A stretch of 61,731 nt of DNA, the filler included, from Circinaria calcarea (Eukaryota): NCBI GenBank assembly GCA_051942165.1. It is 12 parts of 12 records of this genome, joined end to end, with 100 filler letters (N's around TTAATTAATTAA, not from the genome) between each part and the next. Parts side by side here need not be neighbours in the genome. Positions count along the whole stretch, not along the records: positions 1 to 5,060 come from JAVECS010002062.1; positions 5,161 to 10,220 come from JAVECS010002063.1; positions 10,321 to 15,379 come from JAVECS010002064.1; 9 more parts are not named here. One strand, written 5' to 3'. The notes under the pieces were generated by a model. The model had not been told where the DNA came from. It saw only the letters and a program-made list of their open reading frames with translations, and did no database searches. Both the position numbers and the translations under genes were made by a program. The number at the start of each line of letters is the position of its first letter. Positions within the stretch are counted from its first letter, which is position 1. Shown in pieces: positions 1 through 12,956 of the stretch.

Positions 1-1
1 G

Positions 2-163
2 GAAGTCAGTGGGGAAACGGTTGTCCAGCGGTTGTATGAGTTGTTCATGCATCGGTGCGTTATCTGCGGGAGTGTGCCGTTGAGTGGGGATAATGATCCG
101 AAGAAATTGGGGATTCTGACGGTTAATTATGTGCTGCATGGAACTTGCAATGGGGTTTGTTGA
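2..163 (+). CDS. KP4 killer-toxin-like protein, 3' end (5' truncated by contig start)
   Basis: Frame 2 reads EVSGETVVQRLYELFMHRCVICGSVPLSGDNDPKKLGILTVNYVLHGTCNGVC* (TGA 161-163). HxCxxCGSVP...GxLTVNYV...C-x3-C is the characteristic KP4-family C-terminus. Not in the ORF track. Confidence 0.8.
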   Translation, partial: EVSGETVVQRLYELFMHRCVICGSVPLSGDNDPKKLGILTVNYVLHGTCNGVC

Positions 164-847
164 GGGATTGGGTTGGGGGTGGGTGGTTATGTTTTGCGAG
201 GATGGTGTTTGGTTTTGGGTGATGCGTTTTCACTTGGGTCTTTCGCAGAATACATAGGAAGTAAGGGAACTCACTTCGTACAAAGTAAATATATGGTACC
301 ATTCATAATACAACGGTTCTTGAGGAATTGCTTGCCTGCTCTGATAAGTATGAATTATTCATCCCAGAGATCCAACTTGCTAGACCTGTTACCACCGGAT
401 TTGCCAAAATATATGACTTGACATCCTCGAGAACATGAGCCGGTTATTCCAAACAGAAGGCTAGTTGTGTGTCCTATCAGCGACTTGTTCAGCCTTCGTC
501 GGCATGTCTTCGTTTCCGTCTCCAAGGCTCCAACCACCTCCGCAAGGCAGATTTTTGTCCACTAAGGCTGCATTGACGGCCTCCAGTCACAAGACGAAAT
601 GCAGCTTGTAAGGCAGTGACATAGTCTTGTACTACCCGATCCTCTCCATTCATTTGCCGTAAAAATGGTTCTTACGTGACCTACACATGCAGGCTGCGTG
701 GCTGTACAGTACTGTGAGGCCTTCAAGTACTCCGCGCTCTGCCCTCAACGAGATGCATCCATCTGCCCCGAAAATTATTGCATTACACTTGTTCCTCTAT
801 CTTATAAGAAACTGAAGTGCATCACATCTTGGGGAAGTCTGTGAGAT

Positions 848-3800
848 ATGGATCCTGCATCTGCGGGGATCGCGCTTGTAGGCTTCGCGGCCAGCCTTGC
901 GACCCTAGCCGCCGTTGTCGCGAATAGCTGCAAGACACTTTACAACCTTCGGAATAAGCTGAGAGATGCCCCAGAAGAGGTTAGAAAACTCATAGAAAGC
1001 ATCAAGGTCTTGGAGAAATTGCTTGAAGAGATTCAAGCTCGGCTGGCTGAGCATGGAGATGCAGACCTATTACAACGCTTGCAAGAGCTATGGGCAGAAT
1101 CCGCTGCCCAGATGCAGGAGGACATGGAAGACTTCCAAACGGTTGTGGCAAGACTTGATCGTTATTTGAATGGTCCCAAGGTCTCCTCGAAGCTCATTCG
1201 ATTACGGATTCGCCGCTATTTCGATGAAGACACCATTGCCAAGTTTCAGCGAAAGATATCTGCTCATACTGAAACCTTGACACTGATACAGCTGTTCATG
1301 AGCGAGTAAGTACCAATGCGTCTTGATTCAAGTGGACTAGTGCTAACTCCATGTGTTGATACAAGTCGAAAACTCGATGGGATTTCCCAGAACACGACAA
1401 AGCTCGTAGATATCAGTAGCACTGGGTTCCAGGCCGTCTGCTCGAGGATATCGAGCATGGAATTATTTCACCATGAAAGCCACCACTCGCAGCACGTTTC
1501 GTTGGCTCGAATCGAGCATTTGCTGCAGGATAAGCTTGAAATAGGGTCATTTCAAAAAAGTACCAAAACCTCACCTAATCGCAGCCGACAAAGGTCCGGA
1601 TTCAATCCTGCCATGGCAGCTACTGTATACTGGAGCTACAAATCCTATTCTCTGCCCATCGGGTCACTACTGGTAGACAATTCTGGAATGTGCGAGTCCA
1701 ACTCATCGGATAGATCGTCTGACCAAGAATCCACGGAATCAAAAGTAAGGATAACCTTTGTCCCGCCACGATGGTTATTTAGCATTATACTCCAATTTTC
1801 TCTGGACATTCGCCGTGATCTCCATAGCAGTTGGCCGGGATTCTCAGTCAATTTGACTCCTTTTACAGTCAATTACAATCCTTTGCTCTCAAAGGCAATT
1901 GAAGAACATAATGTAGCAGGACTGCAGAAATTGTTTAGAGACGGCCTTGCTCGACCTACCGATTATCTTCCTAGAAGTCAAAGTATGTATTGTAGACACA
2001 GTCCTGCGTCTCTCCTCGGGGTAGGGTCCAAATCATATAGTATTACTACGGCTTGTTGATTCTACTAAATAGGGGCATACTTTTGTTTGTGGTGCTTCAT
2101 CTAATTCATGGAATGCGTATGAAATGCACAAACTCTTAATCGGCTTAAACCCTACGGAAGCGTAAGTAGCCACGCCTTTTACCCTTCGCAAAAGCTGACT
2201 CGGGTAACGTAAAGGCCGAAGTATTCTATAGTTGTCACTTGTGATAACCGCATCGATGGTGGTGCATTATCGAGGGCTTACCTCAATACTTTCCTCGCTA
2301 GCGGTGGGCTTGTAACGGTTAACGGTTTCGCTGATGATAGGGTTTTTCTGGCTAAACATCATAACAGGGGTCTAATGTACAGCTATGGCGTTAGACGGCC
2401 ATCAGACCCGACGCTACTTTCAGCAGTCGTCCAGACTCCAGTCGGCTTCGATTACATCCGTGACGGTCTAGCTGGTCAGCTTGAGCCGTGGATAGTGGAT
2501 GAGCTTATGCCAGTCGATGCTTGGTTGATCGGAATCCTGGCGCACACAGATCCTAGCTTCCGCAGATACGTTGAAGCGTACATGGACAGTTTTCGCTCGC
2601 CTTTTGATACTAAGAGGAGGTTTCTTTCTGATAGTTTGTTTCAGTCAGTATTCGGCATCGCAAGCATCGTGACTCAGGTCGAGAGTGCTTCACGAGATAA
2701 GAGGGTCGAATTCCTCGAAGCGATAAGTGCATCTGGTACCTCATCTATGCTTGAGCCTCTTCTAGAGACCGCAATCGATCTAGACGAGGGTGTGATATCC
2801 TCCAATTATCTGGGGGCAGCAGCGGTAAACGGAAATCTCGATACCTTCAATATGCTACTAGCTGCTGGTGCTAGTACTGCCTTGGCAATCCCAACATTTC
2901 TTAGCCGTAGCAGAGGCTTGTCTACAGCACTAGATGAAGACTTATTCACGGTAATGATGGCGAATGTGGCTCCGTGTGCCCTGCCAAATGTGGATCCGTG
3001 TGCCCTGCTAAATGTGGCTCCGTGCATCATGCCAGCTTGGGACGATCCGATTGTAGCGATTCTTGAAAATGAAAAGGCGCTCATAGTCTGTCCTCGGGCT
3101 ATCGAGATATTGTTAATTCACCAGGTTTTCAAGAGCTTGAACTTGTACGGAGGGCATGGTGCCTGGTTTAACAATAGTTACATGTACAAGGCAATCGTAT
3201 TTAATCATCCCAGTGCAGTTAACACTTTCTTTGATCGTGGAGCTAAAGCAGACGTGCGAATTAAAGACCTGTTTCCTAAAGTTATGGAGGGCTGGGAGCC
3301 AATTCCATCATACACATGGTTGACATTAGCCGTAGAAGGCGGTAGTGCGTCTTGTACGGATGTTTTAGTCAGTCATGGCGCTAATATCCATTCTCCGGAT
3401 GGACATGGAAGATCTGCACTTCAGCTCGCCCAATCTAACGCAGCTGGTGAGCATCCTCGGAGAAAACGGTTTCTTATGTACTTTTCCGAATATCGTGAGC
3501 CATATGTAACAGATGAAGATGACAAGGGGGTTTTAGCTGTTCTGGAAAGAGCTTTGGAGACCAGACTCAAGGGGTCAACGTTAGAATTGGAGAAGTTTCT
3601 GGCAGTAGACGGGCTGGAAGACCGGTCCTTTACGTCTCGTAAGTTTTCCCATCTTAGCTAAAGTAGGCTTTCCGCACTAATTGATGGAACAGGACTTCGA
3701 AGAGTCTTGGTATTTGCAACATCACAGGATTGCCGGACCCAACTTGTCCAACGTGTCGTCAGATACATCCCCTACAACTTACGCAAGCTCCGGTACCTTT

Positions 3801-3973
3801 CCTTCCAAGACGCCCTTCTGATGAGGCTGAGCTACGTCGTCTCATACTGCATTATCCTCTGCTACGAGACAGTTGCCCTCATTGTCTGGCTGAGAGATCT
3901 ACCCAGACCGCCGAGGGCTTTTCTTCCAGCCGCTGCCGTGTTGATCCTTGCCCTCATTTGGATTTTCCTTTAG
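848..3973 (+). CDS. Multi-exon protein with fungal N-terminal helical (HeLo-like) domain, ankyrin repeats and C-terminal hydrophobic segments
   Basis: N-term MDPASAGIALVGFAASLATLAAVV...LRDAPEEVRKL. Ankyrin-like motifs YLGAAAVNGNLDTFNMLLAAGA and TWLTLAVEGGSASCTDVLVSHGANIHSPDGHGRSALQLA. Predicted introns about 1306-1365, 2021-2072, 2162-2214 and 3639-3692 (GT..CTAAC-like..AG). Confidence 0.75.
2963..3034 (+). repeat. In-frame 24-bp triplication within the ankyrin gene
   Basis: Three copies of AATGTGGC/ATCCGTG... encoding NVAPCALP/NVDPCALL/NVAPCIMP. Confidence 0.85.
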
Positions 3974-5060
3974 ATGGCTTGTTTGCAGATCTATCTTTGG
4001 AACGGGAGTTGAGCTCAGACAGGAAGATTGGGAGATGGGGTGGAGGGATGGGGATTAGATTACGGCGCTTAATGTTTACACGAGACATCAAACATCAGAT
4101 CGGATGTCGTCGGTAGGTTTTTGGGAACATGCAGACACGAGACACACGACAACCATGATGAGAGTTTCTACCGGGTCGTATAATGGGTACAAAGTCCTCT
4201 TTCATATAACTCGGGGGCGTTTTTCCTGCTACCATCATCTACCTTTGCTTTACCCCTTTGGCTTCTAAACAAACTCCTCCTTCTCCGCCTTCTTCCGCTC
4301 GATCCGTGAATGGTTGAATCTTTCGCCTGATTTTCCACAAGATGTCACGGAAGTTTTGAATGAGGAGATGGAAGGCTAGACTTTGAAGAACTAGACAATT
4401 TATGGGGTCCATCGGACGCAGATCTTGGATTTCAAAGATTTCAACGCAAGGGGGAAACAAAGAACTCTTCGATATATGTAGCTTTTTGCATTTTTCTCGT
4501 TAGCGTCTCCTTACCCCGGTCATGGCGGGTTTCCTTGTTCTTGTTCCCCTTGTTCCCCTTGTTCCCCTTCAGCTTTGACCATTTTCGCGTCTCGCAACTG
4601 GGTATAGTTATGGAACAATTTTTTCAGGGGGGGCGGAGGGGTGTTTGATCACGTGATAGGTAGGATACCCCAGGACATTTGAGTTTGAGGTTTCGTTTCA
4701 ACTTTTGTCGACATTCGCGACTCGCGATCTGATATTACTCGGGCGGGGTCTGGCATCCTCGTCAGATTCCTGCCCCGACTCTGAATTTTTCTCCCCTTCC
4801 ACTATTACACCAAATCTTTCTCCGTCACTGCTCCCTCGTGCACTTTTTTCTTTCCAAAAAGAAAAAAGCAGGGGAAAGCTCTTTTTCAATCTTCTTCAAA
4901 CCACCTACCTCTACACCAAACCCCTCTCCCCCCAGAAACAAGCAAATGGTCACCATCCATCCGCCCAGCCAGCTCCACCCCCCAAATTTCCATCTCTGCT
5001 CCCCATTCTACGGAATAGGCATCCCTTTCAGCGCCTGCCTCCCCCTCATCAACGCCCTCC

Positions 5061-5160
5061 NNNNNNNNNNNNNNNNNNNNNNNNNNNNNNNNNNNNNNNN
5101 NNNNTTAATTAATTAANNNNNNNNNNNNNNNNNNNNNNNNNNNNNNNNNNNNNNNNNNNN
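5061..5160. other. Artificial contig-joining linker (N44-TTAATTAATTAA-N44)
   Basis: The identical 100-nt spacer recurs at 10221, 15380, 20539, 25697, 30853, 36006, 41158, 46306, 51450 and 56593. The core has stop codons in all six frames. Confidence 0.98.
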
Positions 5161-5764
<604 letters not shown>

Positions 5765-7044
5765 GCTTGCAAACAATCTTCCAAGTAGAGGTGGTGGTGA
5801 TTAATGTAGAGGAATGAAGAAACTACGGCTTGGTGTCTGGCGTGAAATGCGCAGCGGCCTAGTAGTGATATAGCGAGGTAAAAGGGAGGGGCACTGTCCT
5901 AAATATGTTTGTTGAAGTGATTTGATGGACGCTGCACGGAGAAGATGAGCTGTGTAGCGCAGGAGGTGCTCTTTGATTTAGTAGTTCTTGTTGCCTTCGT
6001 TATCTGTCATGGATGTTTTTGGCGGATGCATCCATACCGAAGCACCGGCCTTAATTAGGCTTGGCGCCAATAGCGACCTGTCCTCGCTTCTTCGCGTGTC
6101 ACGCGTGTGTACAGTACCTGCCTCTGATATACACAAAGAGGCGTTGGGAACGTACTTTCCTCTCCGAATGGTACGTCAAGGCACTGTTTGTTGTACATAG
6201 TGCGCAGGCGCAAAGAACCACCGTCTTTCCCAGGCTTCACTCCTCCTGAAAGACTTCCAAAGGAAACATGATACACTTCTAAGAATAAAGAGTTGACAGT
6301 TTGATATCTTACAAATCTCGTTCACTCTCCTCACATTCGTGCTACAGTAATATGCCATATGATATGGTTGTACTGGAAAGAGCATAAGAGATCTTGTAAG
6401 ATGTGATCACTATTTCATCACGCGGTCATTGAAGAGGTTAGGAGTTTAGCGTTGCTCATTCATCCCTCTCCAGTAGCAAGGGGATACTAACGTAACGGGC
6501 GACTATCTTGTGGCATATCAGCATACGGCTACCTGCCTTGTTCATCATCACTTTGCGAGGCTTGGGCCATCGACTGCTGGCAACATACATCAAGAGATCT
6601 TTACCAGTAAACAATACTTTCTCCTCTTCAACGTACCCCAGCTGCTTGGCCCGTTCACCATTCAATTCATTGTGCTCAGGCATCCTAGGCTGGTTCTCAT
6701 CGAACTCAGAGGTGAATCACATGCAGTACAGCCTCCTAGCCGGAGCACCCCTAATCACTGTTCGCTCTGTTACTCCAAAGCCACACTATCTTCTTCTAGG
6801 ATCGCTGGGTTCTGGTGCTCGCTGAGCGTTCCAAAAGAACAAAAACCATTCCCGCAGTCACAATGTTTCTGGACTGGGCGATTTACTAGGTGATCGCCTC
6901 ACTTACGGACAGAAGATCCTTTACAACTCAAATCAGCTTAATATCGCGTCGAGTATATTAGTAGTTTCTACATCTTTTAAATACGGTGTAGCTCTCCTTA
7001 TTCGACATCTCAAATTAGCTACTTTTTCTTTACGATCCACAATA

Positions 7045-10000
7045 ATGCCGCAAACTGTCAAGCCTCCAACAACTAGTGACGATGATTCGATATCTCTCAA
7101 CTCAACAGTACCGAGCGAGCCGCGGGAGGAATATCCACTTGAAAGGGTTCTTGCCGAGAGAGAAAAGGACGGCAATAAGGAATATCTTGTGAAATGGAAA
7201 GATTATCCAGATGAACGCTGTACATGGGAGGCGGAAGAAAATTTCAATAATGATAATACGATTCCTGAGTGGGAGCGTCAAAAGATGCTGATCAAGAGGG
7301 GAGTTGAGAAAGCCTACGATGTAGAGGCATTGGAACTGAAGGTCAAGCGGTGGATCGAAGAAACGGATCGACGGAAGTCTCGACGAAGGTCTAAGAGGCT
7401 GAAAGCTGGTCTGCCTGTGATCCCCCCAGCGCCTGACAGAACTATCGAACCCGAGAAACGGAAGGTTGAGACATCGAGTGATACCGAGGGAGACGACTAC
7501 ATGCCACTTGATAGTCCGGCTCAAATAGGTAGGAAGTATGGTCGTCTCAAGAAATTGGATTTCTCTAGCGACATAGACACGGATAGCGACGACGCTCATA
7601 TTCCTCTTATCCACGTATCTAAGCCTCGGGACATCAAGAAAGCGTCCAAGAGTAAGTCGTTAGTCGCAAAACGAGGAGGAGAAAGCAGAGAGCATATAAA
7701 GCCTATGGCTAGGACTCTTGATAATGATGGGGATACGCCTATGGCAGAGGACAATTCGTCAACTGATGATTCACTTATGGCAGACCTTCGCAATCGAGCA
7801 GTAAGTGAGAGCCTTCCGAAATCGAAAAGGCCTCGCAGAGAAGTTGTGTCCGCTGTCATCGAGAAGCCAAGATCCAAAGCCTTAGCTCGTCAGATGAATG
7901 CAGCTGGCTCTGTACGTAAGGCGCCTTCCCTCACGAAGGAGTCACCTCAGACTTTAATCGAAAATAAAAGGCCTATGTCACGTGAGGTACCGAAGCCAAA
8001 AACCACATTGATGGGTTCGAAGGGGAGGGGACCAGCACGATTTGCATCCAAGTCCGCACCTTCGGCCAAAAGGCCGCAAGTGTCAGGCGCTGCCGTGCTC
8101 AGTAACTGGGCCAGTAGCCTTAAGCCACGCAAGCGTACTGTTGGAACCCCTGCGAAGGGCAACGTGAAAGCAAAGCCTTCTGAAAACTTGTCCACAAGAA
8201 GGAGGTATGAGAAAGCTGGGAGAAACGAGCCGGCTCCCAACATTGACCAACTTACATTCGTAAACCTCAAAGATGGCCGTCCGATCGGGAATCCTTCTTA
8301 CAAAGCCTCCATGGGAAATGTACAAACTCCAAAGGCGTCTTTTCAACACCTTCACGAAGAAAGAGTCCCAACAAGCTTAGACTCACCCCCAGCACGGATG
8401 ACAATTTTCACTGAAGCGTCTCGTGATGTCGCGGAGACATCTGCAGGTATGAGCAATTGGGACGAAAGTCCAGGAACCATGCGTACAGATGAGACCCATG
8501 AAAGCATTAAGATAATGAATAATTGGCCGCCTCAAGAATCCCCGTCTGAATTTCCTCCAACGCCAGCCAGATTTCATGATCACCAACGGGAGGCATCAAG
8601 ACCGCTACCATCTGATTCAGCTGAGCTATCCAGGCCATGGCGTCCTATTCTCCAGCATATGCCTCAGACTATGACTTTGCATCAAATGATTGGTGATTCT
8701 GGTTTGAGAAAACTTGACGGGTCATCGCAACAAGGTATAGAAGACATCTCGGACGTATTTGGTTCAATTGTGGTCGGGACAAATTATGAGTTTGTCGCTG
8801 ATGTAAGGTTTAGAGGGCTTCCACCACTGGTTAAAAAGATACTGTTAACTGTCAAAATCCCACCAAAACAAGTACATATGTGGTTTAAGCACATATGCAC
8901 TGCGGCCGATTACAGGTCTTACTTCCATAATGTATGTTAGAAGACTGGGTGTATAAATGTGACCAAGGCACATACTAATTCCTTACGGTTTCAGGATGGA
9001 GCTTTTTACTATGGAGCAGGCCATGTGGTGACATGGTCCAACAGCGGACCCTTCGTGGATGCTATGGGTGAAATACTTAAGATACATAACTCCGGAGGGC
9101 TCTTCTTCACTCCTGCATTCACTATGCTGATATATCCCGCCGGTGCTGAGGTATGGCGATGGATTGACGATCGGTTCCCAAATCATCCTACAACAAAAAC
9201 CACCCTTCGTATTGTCCTTCGCACGCCCATTCCGGAGCTTTGCTCCAGTAGTCCGGCTACAGTTCAGACGATATCACCCCCTTTAATCATGGAAGACGAA
9301 ATCGGAACAAACGCATTGTTTCGAAGAGTGTTTGGAATCGAATATGCAAGGCTTGTGCCACAGACAAACAGTAGAAACAAGGCCAAACATCCGGACAATG
9401 TCTTTTTAATGTATCCAGCAGAAGATCAGGACGAGCACGATGTTCTGGTCAAGTATTTTGAATACAACAATGCCATCATCTACACCTTACAAACTCCTGG
9501 CGCCTGGGACTACTTTGCAGGCCAGGTAGATGCTGGAGTCCTATTGGTGGGTTGCCTACCTTCCCACTGTTCGTCTGCTGATACACACCCCTTCCAGATT
9601 CACGACTCGATTACAGAACTCCATCAGATTCCGGGTCTTACGCGTATCATACGTAAACCTATCAACATCTTCAATATCAACCTCCGTCCAGTTCCTCCCA
9701 ATCCATTTCTCACTCGTCTTTTCCCCCATGGCGGCGCATTACTCCTCACAGACTCCTTGATCCTGAATCGCCCACGCGAGGTCGTCAGGATCTTAGCCTG
9801 GTTCGACACAAACATCCTCTTCAATAAGCCAGCCGGGACATGGAAACTATGCCTGCGTCCCCGATTCCGCTCCTGGATCCTGAACATTATACAACATAAG
9901 CTTTTAGAGGAGGGGAAAGTCTACGTGGAGATCTACGCTCTGATTTACAAGATTCTGCCCATGGAGTTGATGGATGAAGATGACGACTTCGAGACACCGA

Positions 10001-10220
10001 AAGAAGAAGCACCTATCGCCTACGCCAGCAGTATCGGCGGCTTGGATCTTAACGTAGGACTTGGACCCAAATCTAGCGACACCGAAGGCATAGCTAGAAA
10101 CGACGCCCTCCTCGTAGATTGGTTCGCCGGTTGGACGCGGATGAAAGTAAAAGGGATGCGACGACTCCATGTCGTGCATGGGTTAGGAGAAGAAGGAGCA
10201 GAGGTACGGAGGCAGTGGGA
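7045..10220 (+). CDS. Large chromodomain protein (Chp1-like architecture), 3' truncated
   Basis: N-terminal chromodomain EEYPLERVLAERE...EYLVKWKDYPDERCTWE, a long disordered linker, then a globular C-terminal half. Introns about 8932-8995 and 9547-9597. Confidence 0.8.
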
Positions 10221-10320
10221 NNNNNNNNNNNNNNNNNNNNNNNNNNNNNNNNNNNNNNNNNNNNTTAATTAATTAANNNNNNNNNNNNNNNNNNNNNNNN
10301 NNNNNNNNNNNNNNNNNNNN

Positions 10321-10767
10321 CCCCTCCCCGCCGAAACATCCCTCCTCTACACCTCGCCGCCAACCCAACAATCCCTCCTTTCCCTCACCCGCTCCCTCCA
10401 CCTCAATTTCCTCCAACTCATCCACATCCTCGCCACCAACCCCGGCGACTACGCGCCAAAATGGGAGCACATGCGCGATCTGTTTAGGAACGCGCATCAG
10501 GCCGTGAATGAGTACCGGCCTTTCCAGGCACGGGAGGCGCTGATTGAGATGCTGGAACAGCAGGTGGAGAGGGGGAAGGCGGAGGTGGAGGGGATGAGGA
10601 AGATGAGGGAGAAGGTGGAGGGGGTGTTGAGGGGCTCGGAGAAGGGATTGGAGGATGAAGGGGACGATGTGATGGCGGAGAGAAATAAGGGAGAAGACGA
10701 GAAGAGGAGGACGGAGAAGCTTGAAGAGGAGAGGAGGATGTGGGAATTCCTGGAGGAGATGGGATAA
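10321..10767 (+). CDS. MED7: Mediator subunit Med7, 3' part
   Basis: SLLSLTRSLHLNFLQLIHILATNP...MRDLFRNAHQAVNEYRPFQAREALIEMLEQQ matches the Med7 NEYRPxQARE motif. Confidence 0.9.
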   Translation, partial: PLPAETSLLYTSPPTQQSLLSLTRSLHLNFLQLIHILATNPGDYAPKWEHMRDLFRNAHQAVNEYRPFQAREALIEMLEQQVERGKAEVEGMRKMREKVEGVLRGSEKGLEDEGDDVMAERNKGEDEKRRTEKLEEERRMWEFLEEMG

Positions 10768-11179
10768 AATCATGGGTGTCTAAACCTCTTTTCTATTTTA
10801 CCGTGTTTTGATCACCCTGCAAAAAGGATAATGAAGCATTTGAGCCACAGCTACATTAAATTAAGAAGAGGAGATCGAGGTAACAGCGGTTGACAGCTGC
10901 TGTGACGTAGAGATGGAAACGGGATAACTTACGGGTAGTCTAAACCTTCTACTCCGTATCCACTGCTACTGACTATCGCAGAAAAGTGGGTAAACGTAAA
11001 CCTTTGATTAATCTAACTCACAGCTACCTACAATCATCTCAACATACGTTTTCTGTCCTATATAATCACTTCTCTACACGAGGGCAACACCCAGCACAAA
11101 AAATTCAACGACTCTTGAGCTATCACCAGAGGGGCTCCTTCCCTCCTGCAGGAAGCCCCCCAGGGGTATATCACGTGGG

Positions 11180-12575
11180 GCGGCCGCCATTCATTACGCA
11201 AACAACGTCCCTCGGCCCCGGGCAACGAACTCCTCGTCCTCTTAATGTACTCGCCATCACCCCTCTCCCATCCCTCTCGCAAACCACCCTTCCCCGCAAA
11301 ACGGAGCCGCATAGCGTGGCCAATTTGCAAACGCCATGCTCTTATAAGGTGTTATAATTGATTCTGTGATGCAACATGCCATTTCCCAATCGAAACATCT
11401 TGATGCCACCCTCGGATAACAAAACGCACAGATCCGCATCCTTGCCAGGTAGGATGGCGCCCTTTTGGGGTAGCCCCGTAAAGTTTGGCCGGGTTGCTGC
11501 AGGCGGTGCGGACAAAGTCTTGGATGCGGATGCGGTGCTCGAGGAGGCCTTTGAAGAGGAGCGGCAACCGGGTTTCGAGGCCGGGGAGGCCGCTGGGGAT
11601 TTTTCCGGAAAAAAGACTTTCCGTCGTCCGTCGATGAGGCCGAGGTGCTTGCCGCCTTCGACGTAGAAGTTAGGGGTTTGGGATAAGAGGTAAAGAGAGA
11701 AGGAGTAGGGGGATCGGCTCAGTGATTGGATGAGAAGGTTGTGAAGGTTCCGTTGGCGATGCCTCGCCAGAGGACATCGGTTTCTTGGGGGCTTTCTCGG
11801 AATGGAGGGGAGCAGACTGCCTTGGCTCCTAGAGAGTAAAACAGGAGTTGCTTCGTTCCTCGGACCGTGGGCATACCGTGGAAATCATCTTCCTTTAGCT
11901 GCTCTGCTAATAGCTAGAGGTATTGATGGCAAGTCTCTCTGTATATGGGTAAGAGTCTTGCCTGGGCATCTCGAATATGCTGTGCAGCAATGTGGGACGA
12001 GACTTGGACTAGGAAGATGGGAGCGTCAATAAGCTTCGCTAATGATATTGCTCTATACTTTTTTGGTATGCCTTGCCCTCTAGCAAGCAAAGGGTATCTG
12101 TTCTTGCAGGATCGTCGAATTTGGATTGGTGAGAATCAAGTGAAAACCATAATCGCAGTGGGAGTTACACGCGGCGCGCAGACTGTACTTCTCGACAAGA
12201 GGTATAAGGCTCTCATGGTCACGGTCCTGTAATACAAAGGCAATTACAGTAGTCGTCCCACCACACACGGCACTTCGCGTTCCAGTCTCCCAAGTATCTT
12301 CCATTGGTATGTTGGCTTGCTCGAGATGTACGTGAGAGTCGACACCTCCTGGCGTAATGTAGCCACCCTCTGCATCCAGCACAGCTGTCGAGGTTCCAGA
12401 AAGTAAGTTAGTACTGACGCAAGTAATTTTGCCATTTTTAACTCTGATTTCTTGACCGTCAATGATATCAGAAGCTTTCACCTGAGACTGTCAGTGGAAA
12501 TTGAGGTGCCGATTTTCGCAAAGCTCACAATTATTCCATTCTTGACAACAAGATCAAAGTCAATCTCACTTGCAA
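11180..12575 (-). pseudogene. Dihydropyrimidinase/hydantoinase pseudogene
   Basis: Ordered homologous blocks in shifting frames: FDLVVKNGII, DAEGGYITPGGVDSHVH, GTRSAVCGGTTTV, YRAISLAKLIDAPIFLVQVSS, ETCHQYL*, GAKAVCSPPFR, GTFTTFSSNH*, PGLETRLPLLF, SNPAKLYG, GKDADL, TPYKSMAFANWPRY. Stops at 11914-11916 and 11719-11721, plus frameshifts and an internal deletion. Confidence 0.9.
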
Positions 12576-12956
12576 ATAGACGGAAAAGAGTAGAGGCAAA
12601 GTTCTATAGTCTCAAGTGGAATTACGTTGAAATATGAACAGGAAAGTATAGCTGCACCGTCTTATCTTCGCTCCGGCTAGATAATTTTGCAGATTGCCTT
12701 AGTATCCTTAGCGCTCACTTCGATACATTATGTACAACAGTACTCGATTGGATCGAACCGCAAAATACGCCCACATCATGGACTGAAACATATGTCTTGT
12801 ATTTAGGACATGGAGCAATCAAAAACATGCCATCCTCTCTAGATCATATTTTTTATCAGGATTTGTGTACGTACTTGGCTATACATCAACCACATGGTGT
12901 ACACCGCCATTCACACAGTTCGAGATCCTCTTTCGTCCTTCCTATAGCACCAGCCT

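Noticed and set aside
4500..4585. ATGACCGGG-GTAAG resembling a histone start, next to (CTTGTTCCC)x3
   Set aside because: No histone sequence follows; only a short microrepeat is present.
4946..5060. Possible gene start MVTIHPPSQLHPP... with an upstream CACGTG box
   Set aside because: Only 38 codons precede the gap, too short to assign.
5105..5116. Regularly spaced TTAATTAATTAA palindromes as a biological repeat or CRISPR-like array
   Set aside because: Always embedded in fixed N-runs; this is a synthetic linker.
10273..10773. Antisense ORFs over MED7, and similar ones over GCN5, YME1 and POT1
   Set aside because: These are shadow ORFs produced by biased codon usage of the real genes.
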